Shown piece after piece: positions 42,041 through 56,012 of a DNA stretch of 64,000 bases (position 1 is the stretch's first letter; each line of letters opens with the position of its first letter). The stretch comes from Adineta vaga (taxonomy: Eukaryota; Animalia; Rotifera). The DNA lies in NCBI GenBank assembly GCA_021613535.1, contig CP075496.1, forward strand, positions 11,098,001-11,162,000, written 5' to 3'. The position numbers and the translations under genes were made by a program. Below the pieces are notes generated by a model that was not told where the DNA came from, did not search any database, and saw only the letters and a program-made list of their open reading frames with translations.

Positions 42041-42417
42041 ATCAAACATCAAAGACGAAACATTCTTTACCACAGACTATTCCTACAAAACTTTCACAAC
42101 AATCCGTACCTTCACGAAAATCAAATCAGATAATGATTCCATCTTCGGCACATGGAAATCGTTCACGAACGACGCATGATAATAAACTATCAATATCATT
42201 GCATCATCAACAACCATATCGTTCATCGACAATCTTACCGCAACAAACGAAATCAAATCAAATGGTTAAAATGACAAAAAATAATGTAAAACAATCATCA
42301 ATTACATCATCATCTCGTTCAATATTTCCTTCTAATCCTGATCTTACTCATTCTTTTTTATCAGCAACTGTTGGAAAACCAACATCTTCGAAAAAACGAA
42401 CATTTCCTAAAAGTTGA
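41015..42417 (+). CDS. GATAD2: Transcriptional repressor p66/GATAD2-like (NuRD subunit), intronless CDS with apparent frameshift near 41380
   Basis: CR1 ELQNEEAKLVLLKKLRASQ; CR2 AKLTLRKHLERDLLNIPLPKP, VGLEDVV; GATA-type finger CDQCGTDFTIRW...ILCDRC. Confidence 0.9.
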
Positions 42418-44106
42418 AATGAAATAAAATTCAAAGATAAAAGAAAAGAAAAATGAATTCATCGAATCAAGAGTCGGTTATATCAGTTGTATAAACGAAA
42501 TATTATTTCTGCTGAGTTGCATAACATTCGAATAAATGATAAAAAATCAATTTAGTCTATAGACGTCATTCATGGTCAACAATTTCATATACTAACATAC
42601 GAATTGACCTTGAATTCTATCAGTTGCAAAAGGACATAAAGATATCAATTTATCGTCTTAAATCGAAATGATGAAGGCATACTGATAGACTAATAGTATT
42701 AGAAACATTTTCATTGATTAGAAGATATCATCAAAACTAGGAAAGCATTTTCAAGCACACAAAACTAATGTTGAATTTGTAGAGAATACAAAGATAAGCT
42801 TCTTTGCTCCTTTCATTGATTATACTAAAGACAACTAACGTTGTTTTGTTGATCAATTCTAACAGACATATCGTGTTTCTCATGTTAATCTCTTAAGAAT
42901 TGCAATGACAACTTTTGCAGTCATATCTCTTTTAATTTAGTATTCATTTTCTTGGATTGCCTAGATTTATTTCATATCAATATAGTCACAGAAAATCATT
43001 ATATAGTCATCAATTGAGAGTTGTTTAAATCGGAATATAAGTATAAATCATCTCGATTATAAGAATGTATTTTCATATACAATTTGTTTAGAATCAAAAA
43101 CAATATATACTATCAATTGATGAAAAGAATATATATGTGTTGACAAATGTATATCAAATTATACATCTATGAAATAAAACCATATCGTACAATTAAATAT
43201 GATTGTTTCTCTTTGGTTAAAACATGCACATTATGATTTCTTATCTATTTAATTAAAATCTTTGTATTGAGCATGTTGAAGAGTTTAAACGTTCATGATT
43301 ACATATTGTTCTATTCACAGTTCTTTATCTTCTCGTAGGTCGTCATCGTAATTCATGAATTTTATCATCATACATCCTTGAAATAATCTCTCTGTTTAAT
43401 TATAACAAAGTTCTGATATATCTTGATCGGATTATCATCTCCCTTTTTTTTTATTAGAATTCTTCTGTTCTCTAAATATGTGATATTGAAGAACATAGAT
43501 CCACGATTACCATATACAACATATGCTCTTAGCACGTCTGATCTCGTTGTCAGAAGTTCGCGAAAGAATTCTATACTCAATTGAAAATAGAGCATGATCT
43601 TTTTCACAAATTTTTGATAAAAAGAAATACACACATAGAGAGCACTCATTGTACGCAATACTACTACTCATTATTCTGTAATCAATGTAGATGTCGCTGT
43701 AGGTAAGATGTTTTCTTTATCTTTTATGAATTATAATTGATATAGAAAGAAAAAATTCTTTTAAACAAAATTTTTCTTAGAAAAAATTGTAATTTTAAAA
43801 TTAAAATAAATATAAGCGTACATTGACATATAGATTCAATTGGCTAAAACAAATCTCTCGTTCTTGGTTAACGAGCGAACGAGCGATGGATGAATTAATA
43901 GTTATAGTTGTAGAAGAAGAGGAAGTAAGTTGAACTTATACATCAAGTAATAGTAGTAATAACCTCATCAATTGATAATGTCGATCAATTTGTTTTCATA
44001 TGTTGTTTTCTAGATCATTTAATCAGACTTGAGTTCGTCTGTTTTCTTTGACATCCTATTCAATCTCTAGTATATGTCGTCTTAAGTTCGTCATCATTTC
44101 ATTTTC

Positions 44107-46740
44107 ATGGGAAATCGATCTGGAAGTTCGCGTTCAAAATCGCGTGAATCAAAGTATAAATATCCAGATAATTATCCTAATAATGTAGGAACACATAAAC
44201 ATAATGGTGGATCTACGAATCAACGATCTTATTCTTCACAAATCAATGGTTATACTCAACATCCAGCTCATCCATATCAGAATAGTTATGGAGTTCCTTC
44301 CATAACGAATACACAAAGTCAATATATACCAAATCAATCACAGCAACAACTACAACAACATCATCATTCGAACAATAATAATAATAATAATACGAATCCC
44401 AAATCGAATCCAAATAAAATTATTTACGTAGCTAATTATGATTTTAATGGAACATCAACAACAGGTGAATTAAGTTTTGTCAAAGGAGATAGATTAGAAA
44501 TTCTCGATCGATACACGTAAGTTCTTTTGAATTTATTGATGAGAATCTTTGACAATGAGATGATTACATTTTATTATTTAGTTATAATGATTGGTGGCAA
44601 GCAAAAAATTTGCGAACAAAACAAATGGGATATGTTCCAGCTAATTATATATCACCATTAAATGATTTAACAGCATATGAGTAAATGATTTCATTTTTTA
44701 ATGGATTATAATTTTGACAGAGATTTAATGATTTATTTTAGATGGTATTTTACTGAAACAAATCGTCGTGATGCTGAACGATTTCTTGAACAACCGCATA
44801 ATGGTAAAGGAACATTTTTAATCCGACCATCTGATACAAATCAAGGTATTTCTAATTGAATTGATTACCAATTGTATATAATCGGTTTTTTTTCTTTCTT
44901 TAAAAAAAAAACAAAAACAAAAGGGCAAGAATCATTATCTGTTTTGGATTTAAGTAAAGATAAACATTTTCATGTTAAACATTATCGTATACGTCGAACA
45001 AATCAAGGAATGTATTATATTAGTAGTAAAACATTATTTTCAAATTTACAAGAACTTGTTGATCATTATCAAAGTAAATAAATCATTCTAAAATTTAGAA
45101 CTAGAAGATTATTTTTTTTTTGTTTTTCAAAGTAAATATTGATGGTTTATGTTGTTTATTAACACGTCCTTGTCGAAAAAGTGAACCAACAGTACCAGCT
45201 GATCGACATGGATTATTAGAATTAGATCGTTTACAACTTACACGAACTGACTTACTTGGAAAAGGAAATTATGGTGAAGTTTATAAAGGCAAATATGGTC
45301 AACGTGATGTTGCTATCAAATATATGAAGACTGATAACAAAAATCGACTTTATAATGTGGATAAATTTCTTGATGAAGCCAAAATAATGAAAGATCTTTT
45401 ACATAAAAATATCGTTCGATTATATGGTGTTTTTACACAAGAAGAACCCATTTTATTGTAACAGAATTTATGATTAATGGCTGTTTATTGAATTATTTAC
45501 GTGATGGACAAGGAAAAAATATTAAATTCAAAACAGTTCTAGATTTTGCTGCTCAAGTAAAGATTATTTAGATTTTTCTTTTGATGACAAAAGATTACAA
45601 GATCTTTTTCTTTATAGATTGCCAATGGTATGGCATATTTAGAACAAAAACGTTATGTACATTGTGATCTAGCTGGTATGTTCATATCATCATATTCATA
45701 CATATACATATATAAGATTAAACAGTCAGTGAATTAAATAATGACTATGCCGGATAACGGGTCATCAGATATATCTGTAGCGTGAAGTTTACTAATAAAA
45801 GATGCGATGATCCTTGAAAAGTAAACAGGAAATTTCACATAAACCGGATCTTTTCTTTATATAACAATAGATTTTCAAAAAATCTTTCTTAATCAAGATA
45901 GGAAGGAAAACGATTCGATTTCATTAATTGATAGGAACTATAAACTACCATTGTATTTGATCGGAGTGTATACTCTAGAACAATTAGAAAAAGCAAAGAA
46001 GAAAAAAAAACGATTATTATAACATTTAGCTATTCCCAATAGATTATCTCGTATGACGTAAGTTTTGTTTGTCAAATGTTTTCTTGATTGTATCGAGAAG
46101 TTATTCTCATGGGTAAAAACATTCATTAGTGAATGTTCTCCAAATTGTACACGAAATAGATTTTTAATAATGTTTCTTTTTGTCTCTTTCAATTTAGCTC
46201 GAAATATTCTCGTTGGTGAATTAGATGTTGTTAAAATCGCTGATTTTGGTTTAGCAAAAATTCTTCAAGGTGGTCGTTTATTAGTAGATCGTGAATCTCA
46301 ATTTCCAATCAAATGGACAGCACCTGAAGCAGCAACAAAAAAAGAATATACAACGAAATCTGATGTATGGAGTTTTGGTATTCTTCTCTATGAATTAATA
46401 ACACATGGTTCAAATCCATATCCTGGTATGTCGAATAATGAAGCTCTACAAGCAGTTCTTAGTGGATATCGAATGCCAAAAGTAAATAATCTATTTCTTT
46501 TTCTTTTGTTAATAAAATATGACAAGAATTTTATTTTAGCCAAATGATTGTCATGAACTTTATTATCAAATAATGTGTTCATGTTGGCAGGAAAATCCAG
46601 ATAATCGACCGACATTTGAAACTCTTTATATGCGTTTTGATGAATTTATGATTCAGGCTGAACCAAGCTATCGAGAGGTATTTACTTCATTTTTTTTTCT
46701 CTTTAAAATCAAAACATATTTGATTGTCATTTAGACGTGA
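44107..46740 (+). CDS. Src-family non-receptor tyrosine kinase (myristoylation motif, SH3, SH2, kinase)
   Basis: MGNRSGS; SH3 [22 protein letters not shown]; SH2 FLIRPSD; [30 protein letters not shown]; C-tail EPSYRET*. Confidence 0.95.
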
Positions 46741-47299
46741 TCTTTTTTCGTCGATGACAACTATCTTTCCGATTCTATCAGGTACATTTCTAAAATGGGG
46801 AAAAAAATCGATAGCGTATGTCTATGCCTTAAAATCGAGTTTCTCTCTTTCTTTCTTCTTTTCTTATTCTTATTCTTACCTATAATTAAATAATACACTT
46901 TGTGCTTGTTCAATAATCACTTCCATCATATTTTCTTTTTGATACCAACAGTGAAAATTGATTTTCTCGTTTCGTCTCTATATATCTATTATAAGATGGT
47001 GTTTGTTTTCCTCGCTACTATAGGAGATCTTTTTCTTTTCGGTCTCGAACAGTGTATTGATGTCGAAAGAAAATAATGAATATGTATTGATCGTTTTCTT
47101 AATGATTCAATTGAAATAATCAAATCGAGTTTCCATTCTGTCATACTTTTCTGTTTGTGTGTATATGTCGTGAATTCAAAAATCAAATAACAAAAAGAAA
47201 ATAAATAAATAAATTGTGTGCAATTATTCTGTATGTGTTTATATAAAGATGACAAAAACAAATCTTTCTAATCAACATCGTTTTTCTTCCAGATAGAAT

Positions 47300-50200
47300 A
47301 TGATTGAAGATACACGTCGTTTAAATTCTTTCCTACGTAAAACACGTCGTGGTCATGTACTCAAAATCACACACGAATTGTATTTACGTACGGATATTCC
47401 ATGTGGATCACATGCATGTCAGCAATGTTCAATTGATCAGACAACTGTACTTGATAAACAGATGAATAATGGAAATAATCTTGTACCAACTGGACATTAT
47501 CTACTTGTTGATACGAATATTATCTTACAACAAGTAAAAGATAGAAAATGAAAAGAAAAACATTTCACATCGGGTTTTTTTTGCTAGGTTGATCTTCTTG
47601 AAGATCCCTTATTCACTAATGTCATTGTTCCACAAGTTGTACTTGATGAAGTGAGCAAAAAAGAAGTGTTTGATGTCAATGAATTACTGAATATCTATGT
47701 TATAGGTTCGACATAAAAGTTTAGCGATTTATAAACGTATACGAAGTATTATTGGAGTTCCAGAAAGAAAATTTTTTGTTTTTATTAATGAATTCAATAA
47801 GTATGGTGTTTTGATCGATATGAGCATTATAGAATATTGTTTATTTTCATATTTAGAAATACATTTGTTTTACGTCAATCAGGTGAAACACCAAATGATC
47901 GAAATGATCGAGCAATTCGAAAAATTGCACAATTCTATAATGAACATTTAAAACAACAGAGTAGAAGAAAAACGACGAATAATAATAGTTATTGAAATCT
48001 TTGTTTTTCTGTTCAGTTGCGATTGTTCTTCTTTCTGATGATGCAGCAAATCGTGATCATGCTCGAAATGATGGTTTACTGGCTTTTTCTCGTAAATTCT
48101 TAATGAAATAATCGATTAGATTGATTCTTTTGAATTTTGAATTTTAGTCAAAGATTATGTGGTAACATTCAATCGTCCAGAATTATTAGATCGTCTTGTA
48201 TTAAAAGAGGAATCTTTTGATTTAGAAAAAGATCTTGGTAAACGAAAAGAGGTAGGAGTTACAAAAAAAACGAAATAGTATTGAGCCTTATTGTTTTCTT
48301 CAAATAAAGATTATCTTTCCTGAACATTTACCCTTATCCGAAGTTCAACGTGGTATCAAATCTGGTAAATATCTTCAAGGAACATTTCAAGCAAGCCGTG
48401 AAAATTATCTCGAAGCGAACGTTTTTGTACAAGATTCTGAAAAGTACAATCAAGTAAGATTAAATTTATTAAAAGAATGATTCTTTGTTTTAAAGAAACG
48501 ATGGATTTTTCTTCCCACTTTCAGTTATTTGTTCAAGGTTATCGAAATTTAAATCGTGCTGTTCATGATGATATTGTTGCAGTCGAAGTTTTATCTGAAC
48601 AAGAATGGGCAATACCATTTAGTTTAGTTATTGATGATAAAGATGATGATCAAGGTGATTTAGTTATTGAACAAGTAATGATATTGATTTTTAAAATATG
48701 AAATGAACGAAAACTATGTTCTTGTTTATCTTTGGTAGGAAGAAACGGGTCTTGTTGTTCCTGGTGTATCATCAAAGAAAACGGCATCTTGTCGTATCGT
48801 AGCAATTATCAAACGAAATTGGAGACAATACTGTGGTATTTTACAAGAATCATTGCCTGGTGTAAGAAATTTATAATCAGTTAATCCTTGAGATATGTTT
48901 ATTTATAATAATCTAGGCGAAATTTCATTTATTTCTTCCTCATGAACGACGTATTCCTAAAATTCGTATTGAAAGTCGTCAAGCAGAAGAATTGAAGAAC
49001 AGTCGAGTCATGGTGCAAATCGATCATTGGCCACGTTTATCTCGATATCCACATGTATGTTTATTATGATTTAGATGAGAACAGGATTAAAAAGTTTTTT
49101 TTTCTTTGATAAAGGGTCATTTTATTAAAGCACTTGGTAAACTTGGTGATAAAGAAACAGAAAATGAAGTTATTCTAGCTGAAAATGATATTCTTCATCA
49201 TGAATTTCCTGAAGCAGTACTTGATTGTTTACCAAAATTACCTTGGATAATTACAGAAGAAGTTCGTGAAATTCTCTAAAATCTAATATCTCATTTTAAT
49301 TATTTTCATTTTATTTAGGATTTAGCTAGTCGAGTGGATTTACGCGAGTATTGTATTGTTAGTATTGACCCACCTGGTTGTACAGATATTGATGATGCTT
49401 TACATTGTCGTTTATTAGAAAATGGCAATTATGAAGTAAGAAAATAAATCGAAATATTCATAAAGAAAAAAGAAATATGATTTGATTTTAGTGTGGTGTC
49501 CATATTGCTGATGTAACACATTTTGTACGACCTAATACAGCTATAGATTTAGAAGCACGTGAACGTGGTACAACCGTGTATTTAACTGATAGACGTATTG
49601 ATATGTTACCTGTATTACTCAGTGGAAATCTATGTTCTCTACGCGGTGGTGAAGAACGGTAAGTGTAAACTCGAATATGTAGAATCTCATTTCAATTTTC
49701 TTTTAGTTTTGCATTTTCTGTTCGTTGGGAAATGACAGCTGATGCTAAAATCGTTAATACAATATTTCATAAATCTATCATTAAAAGTCGAGTATGTATT
49801 TATAGTCATTCATGACATTTATCTTTAATGAAATAATCTAAATAGTCTGCCATGACTTATGAACAAGCACAAACAATCAAAGATGATTCTGGTATGAATG
49901 ATGAAATTGCTCAAAGTTTACGACGTCTTCATTCAATTGCTGCACAACTACGTCAAAAGCGTATGGATAAAGGTGCATTAGTACTTGAATCATCGGAAGT
50001 TCGATTTCAACTTGACACTGAAACACATGATCCATTGAGTGTTATAAATAAAGAATTGAGGTAAATATTCATTTTAATTCTAACGAAAAAATAACTATCA
50101 ATTTCTTTCTATTAGAGAAACAAATTGGCTTGTTGAAGAATTTATGTTATTAGCAAATATCAGCGTCGCTGAAAAGATCTATGAATTATTTCCTGATTGT

Positions 50201-51316
50201 GCGTGTTTACGTAAACATCCTGCACCGCCCATTTCTAATTTTGATCCACTCGTCAAAGCCGCAGAAACGAAAGTAATGGAATCTTCCAATTTCAATACTA
50301 AAACTAACTTACTTGAATATTTAAATAGAATTTTCAAATTCGAGCAAATACAGGAAAAGAATTAGCAGATTCACTTGATCACGCTGTCCTACCTGCTCAT
50401 CCATATTTCAATACAATGCTTCGAATGCTTGCAACACGTTGTATGATGCAAGCCGTATACTTTTGTAGTGGTTTTGAATCTGATCTAAAAAATTTCGAAC
50501 ATTATGGTTTAGCAACACCTATTTATACTCACTTTACTTCACCTATTCGACGGTAAAGGAAAAGATTTGTCGATATAAATCTACCTTTCTTCTTCTTTCA
50601 TACAGATATTCTGATGTTCTTGTTCATCGATTATTAGCTGCAGGTATTCAAGCTGATGCAACCTTTCCTGATTTATTGAATAAACGTGTTTTACAACAAA
50701 TATGTAATAATTTGAATTATCGCCATCGAATGGCCCAGTATGCAGCACGAGCATCAGTTGATCTACATACTCAAGTATATATTCCTCCGTATAAATTTTA
50801 ATCAATCGATTTTCCAATAATTATTTTATAGTTATTTTTCAAAAATATGCATACAGATGAAGATGGTTATGTATTTGCTGTACGAAAGAATGCACTACAA
50901 ATCTTGTTGCCTCGTTATGGATTAGAAACTACATTATTTCTTCGAGATAAAGATGGAAAATCAGTTGGAGATTTCCACGAAGAAGTATGTAGCAAATTTA
51001 TTTAGATCAAAATATGTATTCTATATTGAGAAAAAATTCGAAGTATATAAGAACAGTTGATTATTAATTTTTATTCTTTTAGGAATCAACACAAACAATT
51101 AATAATACTGTTATTCATATGTTCGATCCAGTGACTGTTCAGATAAGTGTTGATAGTAATAATATTCAACGACAACGTATACAAATTCATTTGGTTAAAC
51201 CGATCATAGATGGTTTTAGTGTTTCACCTATACCTAAAAGCAAAACAACCATAGATGAAGTGGATAATACAATAACAGCACCGGTGAAACGTCTGAAAGT
51301 AAAATCATCGAAATAG
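47300..51316 (+). CDS. DIS3: Exosome complex exonuclease RRP44/DIS3 (multi-exon)
   Basis: [74 protein letters not shown]. Confidence 0.97.
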
Positions 51317-51442
51317 AGAAAAAAAATAAACTTTAGTTTTCTTTTGTTCATTTCTTATTATGATCTTTGAAACAAAAAAAAACCCGAAAATAAACGAGTG
51401 ATGATATGTTTTGTTTTCTTTCTTTGTGAAAATTCAAATTGT

Positions 51443-54400
51443 TTATACATTTAGTTCTCCTGTTGGTGTATGACGAGTTGTACTTCGTGGTCGTTTGACG
51501 TATTTAGTTAAAAGTGTTTTTTCATTAGCATTTATTTGTTGACTTGCATTAGATGATTTTCCTGTTACGGGACGTTGTTCAGGATTTTGAACAACGGAAA
51601 CCGTAAGATTTGTTTCCATTGAAGGTACATCAAAATTTTGAGATGCCATCGGTGAAGTGTATCCAGTTTTATAGTTCTGTGGTGGTAATGAGGCACAGAC
51701 AACAGATGATGAGATGGGTGCATTACTTAATGAACTAAAATTTCTTACAGGTACAAGTACTTCAGAACTTAACAGTGCACTTCTCTCCGGTCGACCAGGT
51801 CTTTTCGATGCAGGATAATGCGTAGCAGTTGTACCTTTAACGATACGTTTTCGTGTTTCACGTATATCAAGTACAGTTTGACTTCGTGCCATGGCTTCAT
51901 CATTCGTATTTTGTTGTTTTGATGTTTGTTGAGGTTTTTGTTTTGATCGTGCAATATTTATTTCATGTCGAATATAAGCTTGAGTACGATCATAATCAAC
52001 TAATGGTCGTTTTAATGAATTTAAAATATTATCATCGTTTTCATCGGTGATACCAGATATTTTCTTCACTTCTTTAAATGCTAAACCTCTATAGAGAAAT
52101 TTAGTCTTTGGTATTAGTCGTATATTAGGTAGAACAGGACGATTTGAACCAATTGGATCTTGTAGAATATGTTGTTGTTTCATTGCTCGTATGTCATCAA
52201 GAGCATGTTGACTTCGTTTTGAAATTGGTTTTTTAGGAGCAGGCATACATGTTACTACAGAACGCCACATTGTTTTCGCTTCGCTTTCTTCTTGATTATT
52301 TTCACCTTCACTAAATGTTGTAAGCGTATTATTTATTAATTCATTCTCACTTGAAATGGTTTGAGCATAACCTTTATGACTTGATAGAGAACGATTGGTA
52401 CTAGTATTTCTTTCTTTACTTGAGTTACTTTTAGATTTTAAAGATTTTCGACTTCGTTGCTCAGATACAGTTGTACGAGATCGTTGTGGTCTTTTCGATG
52501 ATGCAGGAGCAGTTCGAATAGACGTTGGTTTACGTGGTGTTGTAGGTTGAATACGACGATTAGATTCAAGTTGTTGTACTGTTATAGGAACAAAATAAAC
52601 GTTTCCGTTATAACCTCTCCAAACCTAGAAAATATTTAAGATAAAAAACATTATATTTTTTGAAATTTTAGATTAAGTTTAAATTAAAACAAAATGATGA
52701 TGAATAATCCCGGTGTTATGGGACAACAAGGTCCTCCTCCTCCTCCCAATCAAATGCAAACTCTTCCTCAAGGACAACAACAAGCAACGACATCTCAAAT
52801 GATGCCTGGCAGTAGTAATCCAGTCATGAATATACAATCACGTCAAAATCAAAACGATGAAATTATAGCACGTTCTCTTGTTCATACACAACGTCTTCGT
52901 GAAAGCCTTCAAATGTTACTTAATACAACAAAACAAGCAGCACATATTGAAACCGATGATCAAACTTCATCATCCACAAATCTTTCTTCTAATTCCACTC
53001 AAGCATCCATACGAAATAGTATTGATCGTCGTTTATATGACATGAGTCAAGCACTTGATCAACTGAATAGTTTAGTTGAACAATATGATTTTAAATTATT
53101 ACAAAGTCAATTGGCTCTAATTAGTCATTATAATGAATTATCATATGAAAAACAAGGTACATTCATGGATGAATGGTCATCACATGCCAAATGGACTGAT
53201 AAATTAGTTGAAATATTTCCATCTGTACATCCAAGTACGCAATTATATCGTCGAAGTAATCCACGAAATATGAGTTTAAATAATCGTTCACGTGTGGATG
53301 GACCATCGGCACCATTTCTTGATCGTATTATTGCTCAATATGATAATCAACAACAACAACAACCAGGAACGAAAGATTATTCCATAAGCGTTCAACGTCT
53401 ATCTGATCATTTAAATATTATTGAATTTAGTTTATTTCGATCAGGTTTAGATATTTATCTCTATCTTCGTCATTGTACAGTGGAAAATGTTCTTGTCAAA
53501 CCATTAAATGAGAAAAAACAATTTTCAAATAATTTCAATAGTAAATTATTAACAAATTATCATGCTTTAGATATTATCGCTGGACATATTCGTGCAGCAG
53601 CTGTTTATTTTGCACCATTTGGTGCACAAACCGATCAAGCATTAAGTAAATTATTAATCTACATAGGTAAATATCAAATGTTACATGCACAAAAATGTGT
53701 TAGTTGTCAGAAACATTTACTCAATGGTTTACAACCAACATGGAGAGATTTCAAATCATTTGAATGTTATCATGAAGAATGTTTAAATTAAAATACAAAA
53801 GAAATATTCAAAACAATTCTTACTCGATCGATTTCAGAAAGAAAACAAAATACTAACATACAATACAAAAACTTTCATTTTTCTCTTACTCTTTTTTTTC
53901 TCTCTTAATGTTTATATGTATATTTCAAGAAGAAGAAATGTTTTCAACAGATGATCGACATTTCAATGCAAATTGATTTCTCTATTTTCTTTCTCTTTCT
54001 AACAATGTCGCTACTCGACGATTATTCATTGCAACTACAACAACCATTCTGAGAGACAATTATCGAGAAGAAAAACAAAAATAAAGAATAAAATGCATAT
54101 ACAAACTCGAAGTGGTTCCATTGGTGTCGGTCGATTTTGTGTAAGATAATAAACTTTCGGATGAAGAAAACCAAAACCAGGTGGTGGATCACTTGAACCA
54201 AGAATTTTTTGAATATCATGATCAAGTCTATTTTGATGTGGATCTTCTGCTTTACTATAAACTACTGCTGCATAATCGTAAACAGATCGTGTAAAATCTG
54301 CTTGTAAACTATTCTGTTGAGCAGATGGAAATGATGGATTCTCTTGTGATCTTTTTATAGAAGCAAAGAAATAGAAAAAAAATATCAGTTAAGTATAAAT

Positions 54401-54633
54401 TCGAAGAAATTCGTTACTTACATGTTGTTATTTATTTCAACTTCTGGCGTTTGTTTTCTTTCGATATGGGTTTCTTCTAAATCATCATTGTTAACAGATT
54501 TATATTCGAAATCATTCGATGATTCAACCTGAATGTCTAGCTGATCGATGTTTTCACTAAGAACAAATGATTTTAATTCTTGACTTTCATCAGGTAATGC
54601 TGTAAGAAATGTTTGGTCGACAATTTCCGTCAT
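51443..54633 (-). CDS. Uncharacterised protein; proposed exons 54422-54633, ~54107-54350 and 51443-52624
   Basis: The frame of ORF 51443-52270 stays open to an acceptor at ~52625; upstream exons join it in phase 0 (EPLR|VWRG). An alternative short terminal exon near 54050 is possible. Confidence 0.5.
52694..53791 (+). CDS. MED27: Mediator subunit 27, intronless CDS
   Basis: C-terminal KCVSCQKHLLNGLQPTWRDFKSFECYHEEC matches the MED27 CxxC..LPPTWRDF..HxxC signature. Confidence 0.88.
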   Translation: MMMNNPGVMGQQGPPPPPNQMQTLPQGQQQATTSQMMPGSSNPVMNIQSRQNQNDEIIARSLVHTQRLRESLQMLLNTTKQAAHIETDDQTSSSTNLSSNSTQASIRNSIDRRLYDMSQALDQLNSLVEQYDFKLLQSQLALISHYNELSYEKQGTFMDEWSSHAKWTDKLVEIFPSVHPSTQLYRRSNPRNMSLNNRSRVDGPSAPFLDRIIAQYDNQQQQQPGTKDYSISVQRLSDHLNIIEFSLFRSGLDIYLYLRHCTVENVLVKPLNEKKQFSNNFNSKLLTNYHALDIIAGHIRAAAVYFAPFGAQTDQALSKLLIYIGKYQMLHAQKCVSCQKHLLNGLQPTWRDFKSFECYHEECLN

Positions 54634-55191
54634 TCTTAATAGAAAGAGAAAATATTTCAGTTAACATTTATTTTTTCTTTCGAAGTTTCAAAATCGAATT
54701 GCTTACATGATTTTTTAGTTAAAAAATGTCATTTCCATTTCGTTCTCTGTCGTCAATGAAAACGTGAAACAAACTGTACGTTTATTCTATGTTTATAACT
54801 TGCACACCTTTTCAGTTATGTCTTATAGACATACTTAGAAATTAAAAGAGAAAAAAAGGTGTATTTATACAATGCATATCACCTCAAGATAATGATTAAA
54901 ATATTTTTGATTTTTCTTCTTAAATAAATATTAACCAAACTGCATGTTGATTTAATGAAGTTTACTGTTTGGGATAGATCACAAAAATCTGAATGAAGAA
55001 CGGACTCTTTTGTTGTTGTTGATCGCACTCTGGAGAATAATTGAATGCTCTTTAAGAGACGTGAATTGTTCTCGATGAACGTTCATTTATTAGAAAGTAT
55101 CAATGCGAAAATTTCTTTTCTTTTCTTTTTTTGAAAATAGAGTCATAGAAAATAAATGAAATAGAAGAGTTCTTTCTTTTGAAAATACAGC

Positions 55192-55792
55192 TTAATCATA
55201 ACCTAGAATCTCCTTTGGAACACGTTTTTTATGTTGCTCATTAAATCGAACTTGTAAACCTTGTATTTCTTGTCCTAAAGTACTTTGTAAACGCCAACCG
55301 TAATCATGACCACGAGAATTAGGAATCTAAACAAAAAAAAATGAATTTTTCAAAGAAAAAGCATTTCTTTATTTCTAACCGTATCAGAAAAACGTGTCGA
55401 ATTTTGTAATGGCGCTCGTTTTGGTTTGATATTACCCTAAATAATCTCAATCATGAATATTCCTTGACAAAATTCAATTAAATATTACTTTTGGATCATA
55501 TTCAGCCATCCAACCATGAATATCTGCCCATTGTTTTCTTGATGATGTTTCTTTATTAATACTTTCAATCCAAATCTGTGCTGCATCCCATGGATTCACT
55601 GCACCATCGTCTAACTTCTGTGTGTTACTACTACTGCCACCCGTCGGTGCTGGCCGTGCTGCACGTACTGGAGCTGGTGGAGCAGCTGGTTCAGTTCGAT
55701 CTCTAGATTTAATTTATCAATCAATAAAATTCGATAGAAAAAAAAGCACAGAAAGATTTCTTCATTTACCCTTTTCGAAGTAAATTGGCCAT
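55192..55792 (-). CDS. C2orf50-like ciliary microtubule inner protein (4 exons)
   Basis: QIWIESINKE..W..HGWMAEYDPK|GNIK..FSDT|IPNS..YGWRLQSTLGQ follows the C2orf50 pattern YDPxGN..FSDTxP..GxRLxxxLG. Confidence 0.7.
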
Positions 55793-56012
55793 AACTACAT
55801 ATACACACAAACACACAGACAGTCTCTATGTTTCTGTCAAGCATATAAGCATACACACATATTTCTTTTTCTTTCTCTCTCTCTCTTCCTCTGACACAAT
55901 AAATTTTACTTCTTTAAACAACTTGAAAAAGTAAAGAAAGAAAAAATTTTCTGCTTTTTTGAATGTCTTTTTTTTCCTCTAATCAACAAAAAATATAATG
56001 TTCACAAAAATT

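Noticed and set aside
45677-46197. Unusually long intron in the Src catalytic loop as a transposon insertion
   Set aside because: Only a weak CAGTCAGTG TIR-like start, with no matching end or target-site duplication.
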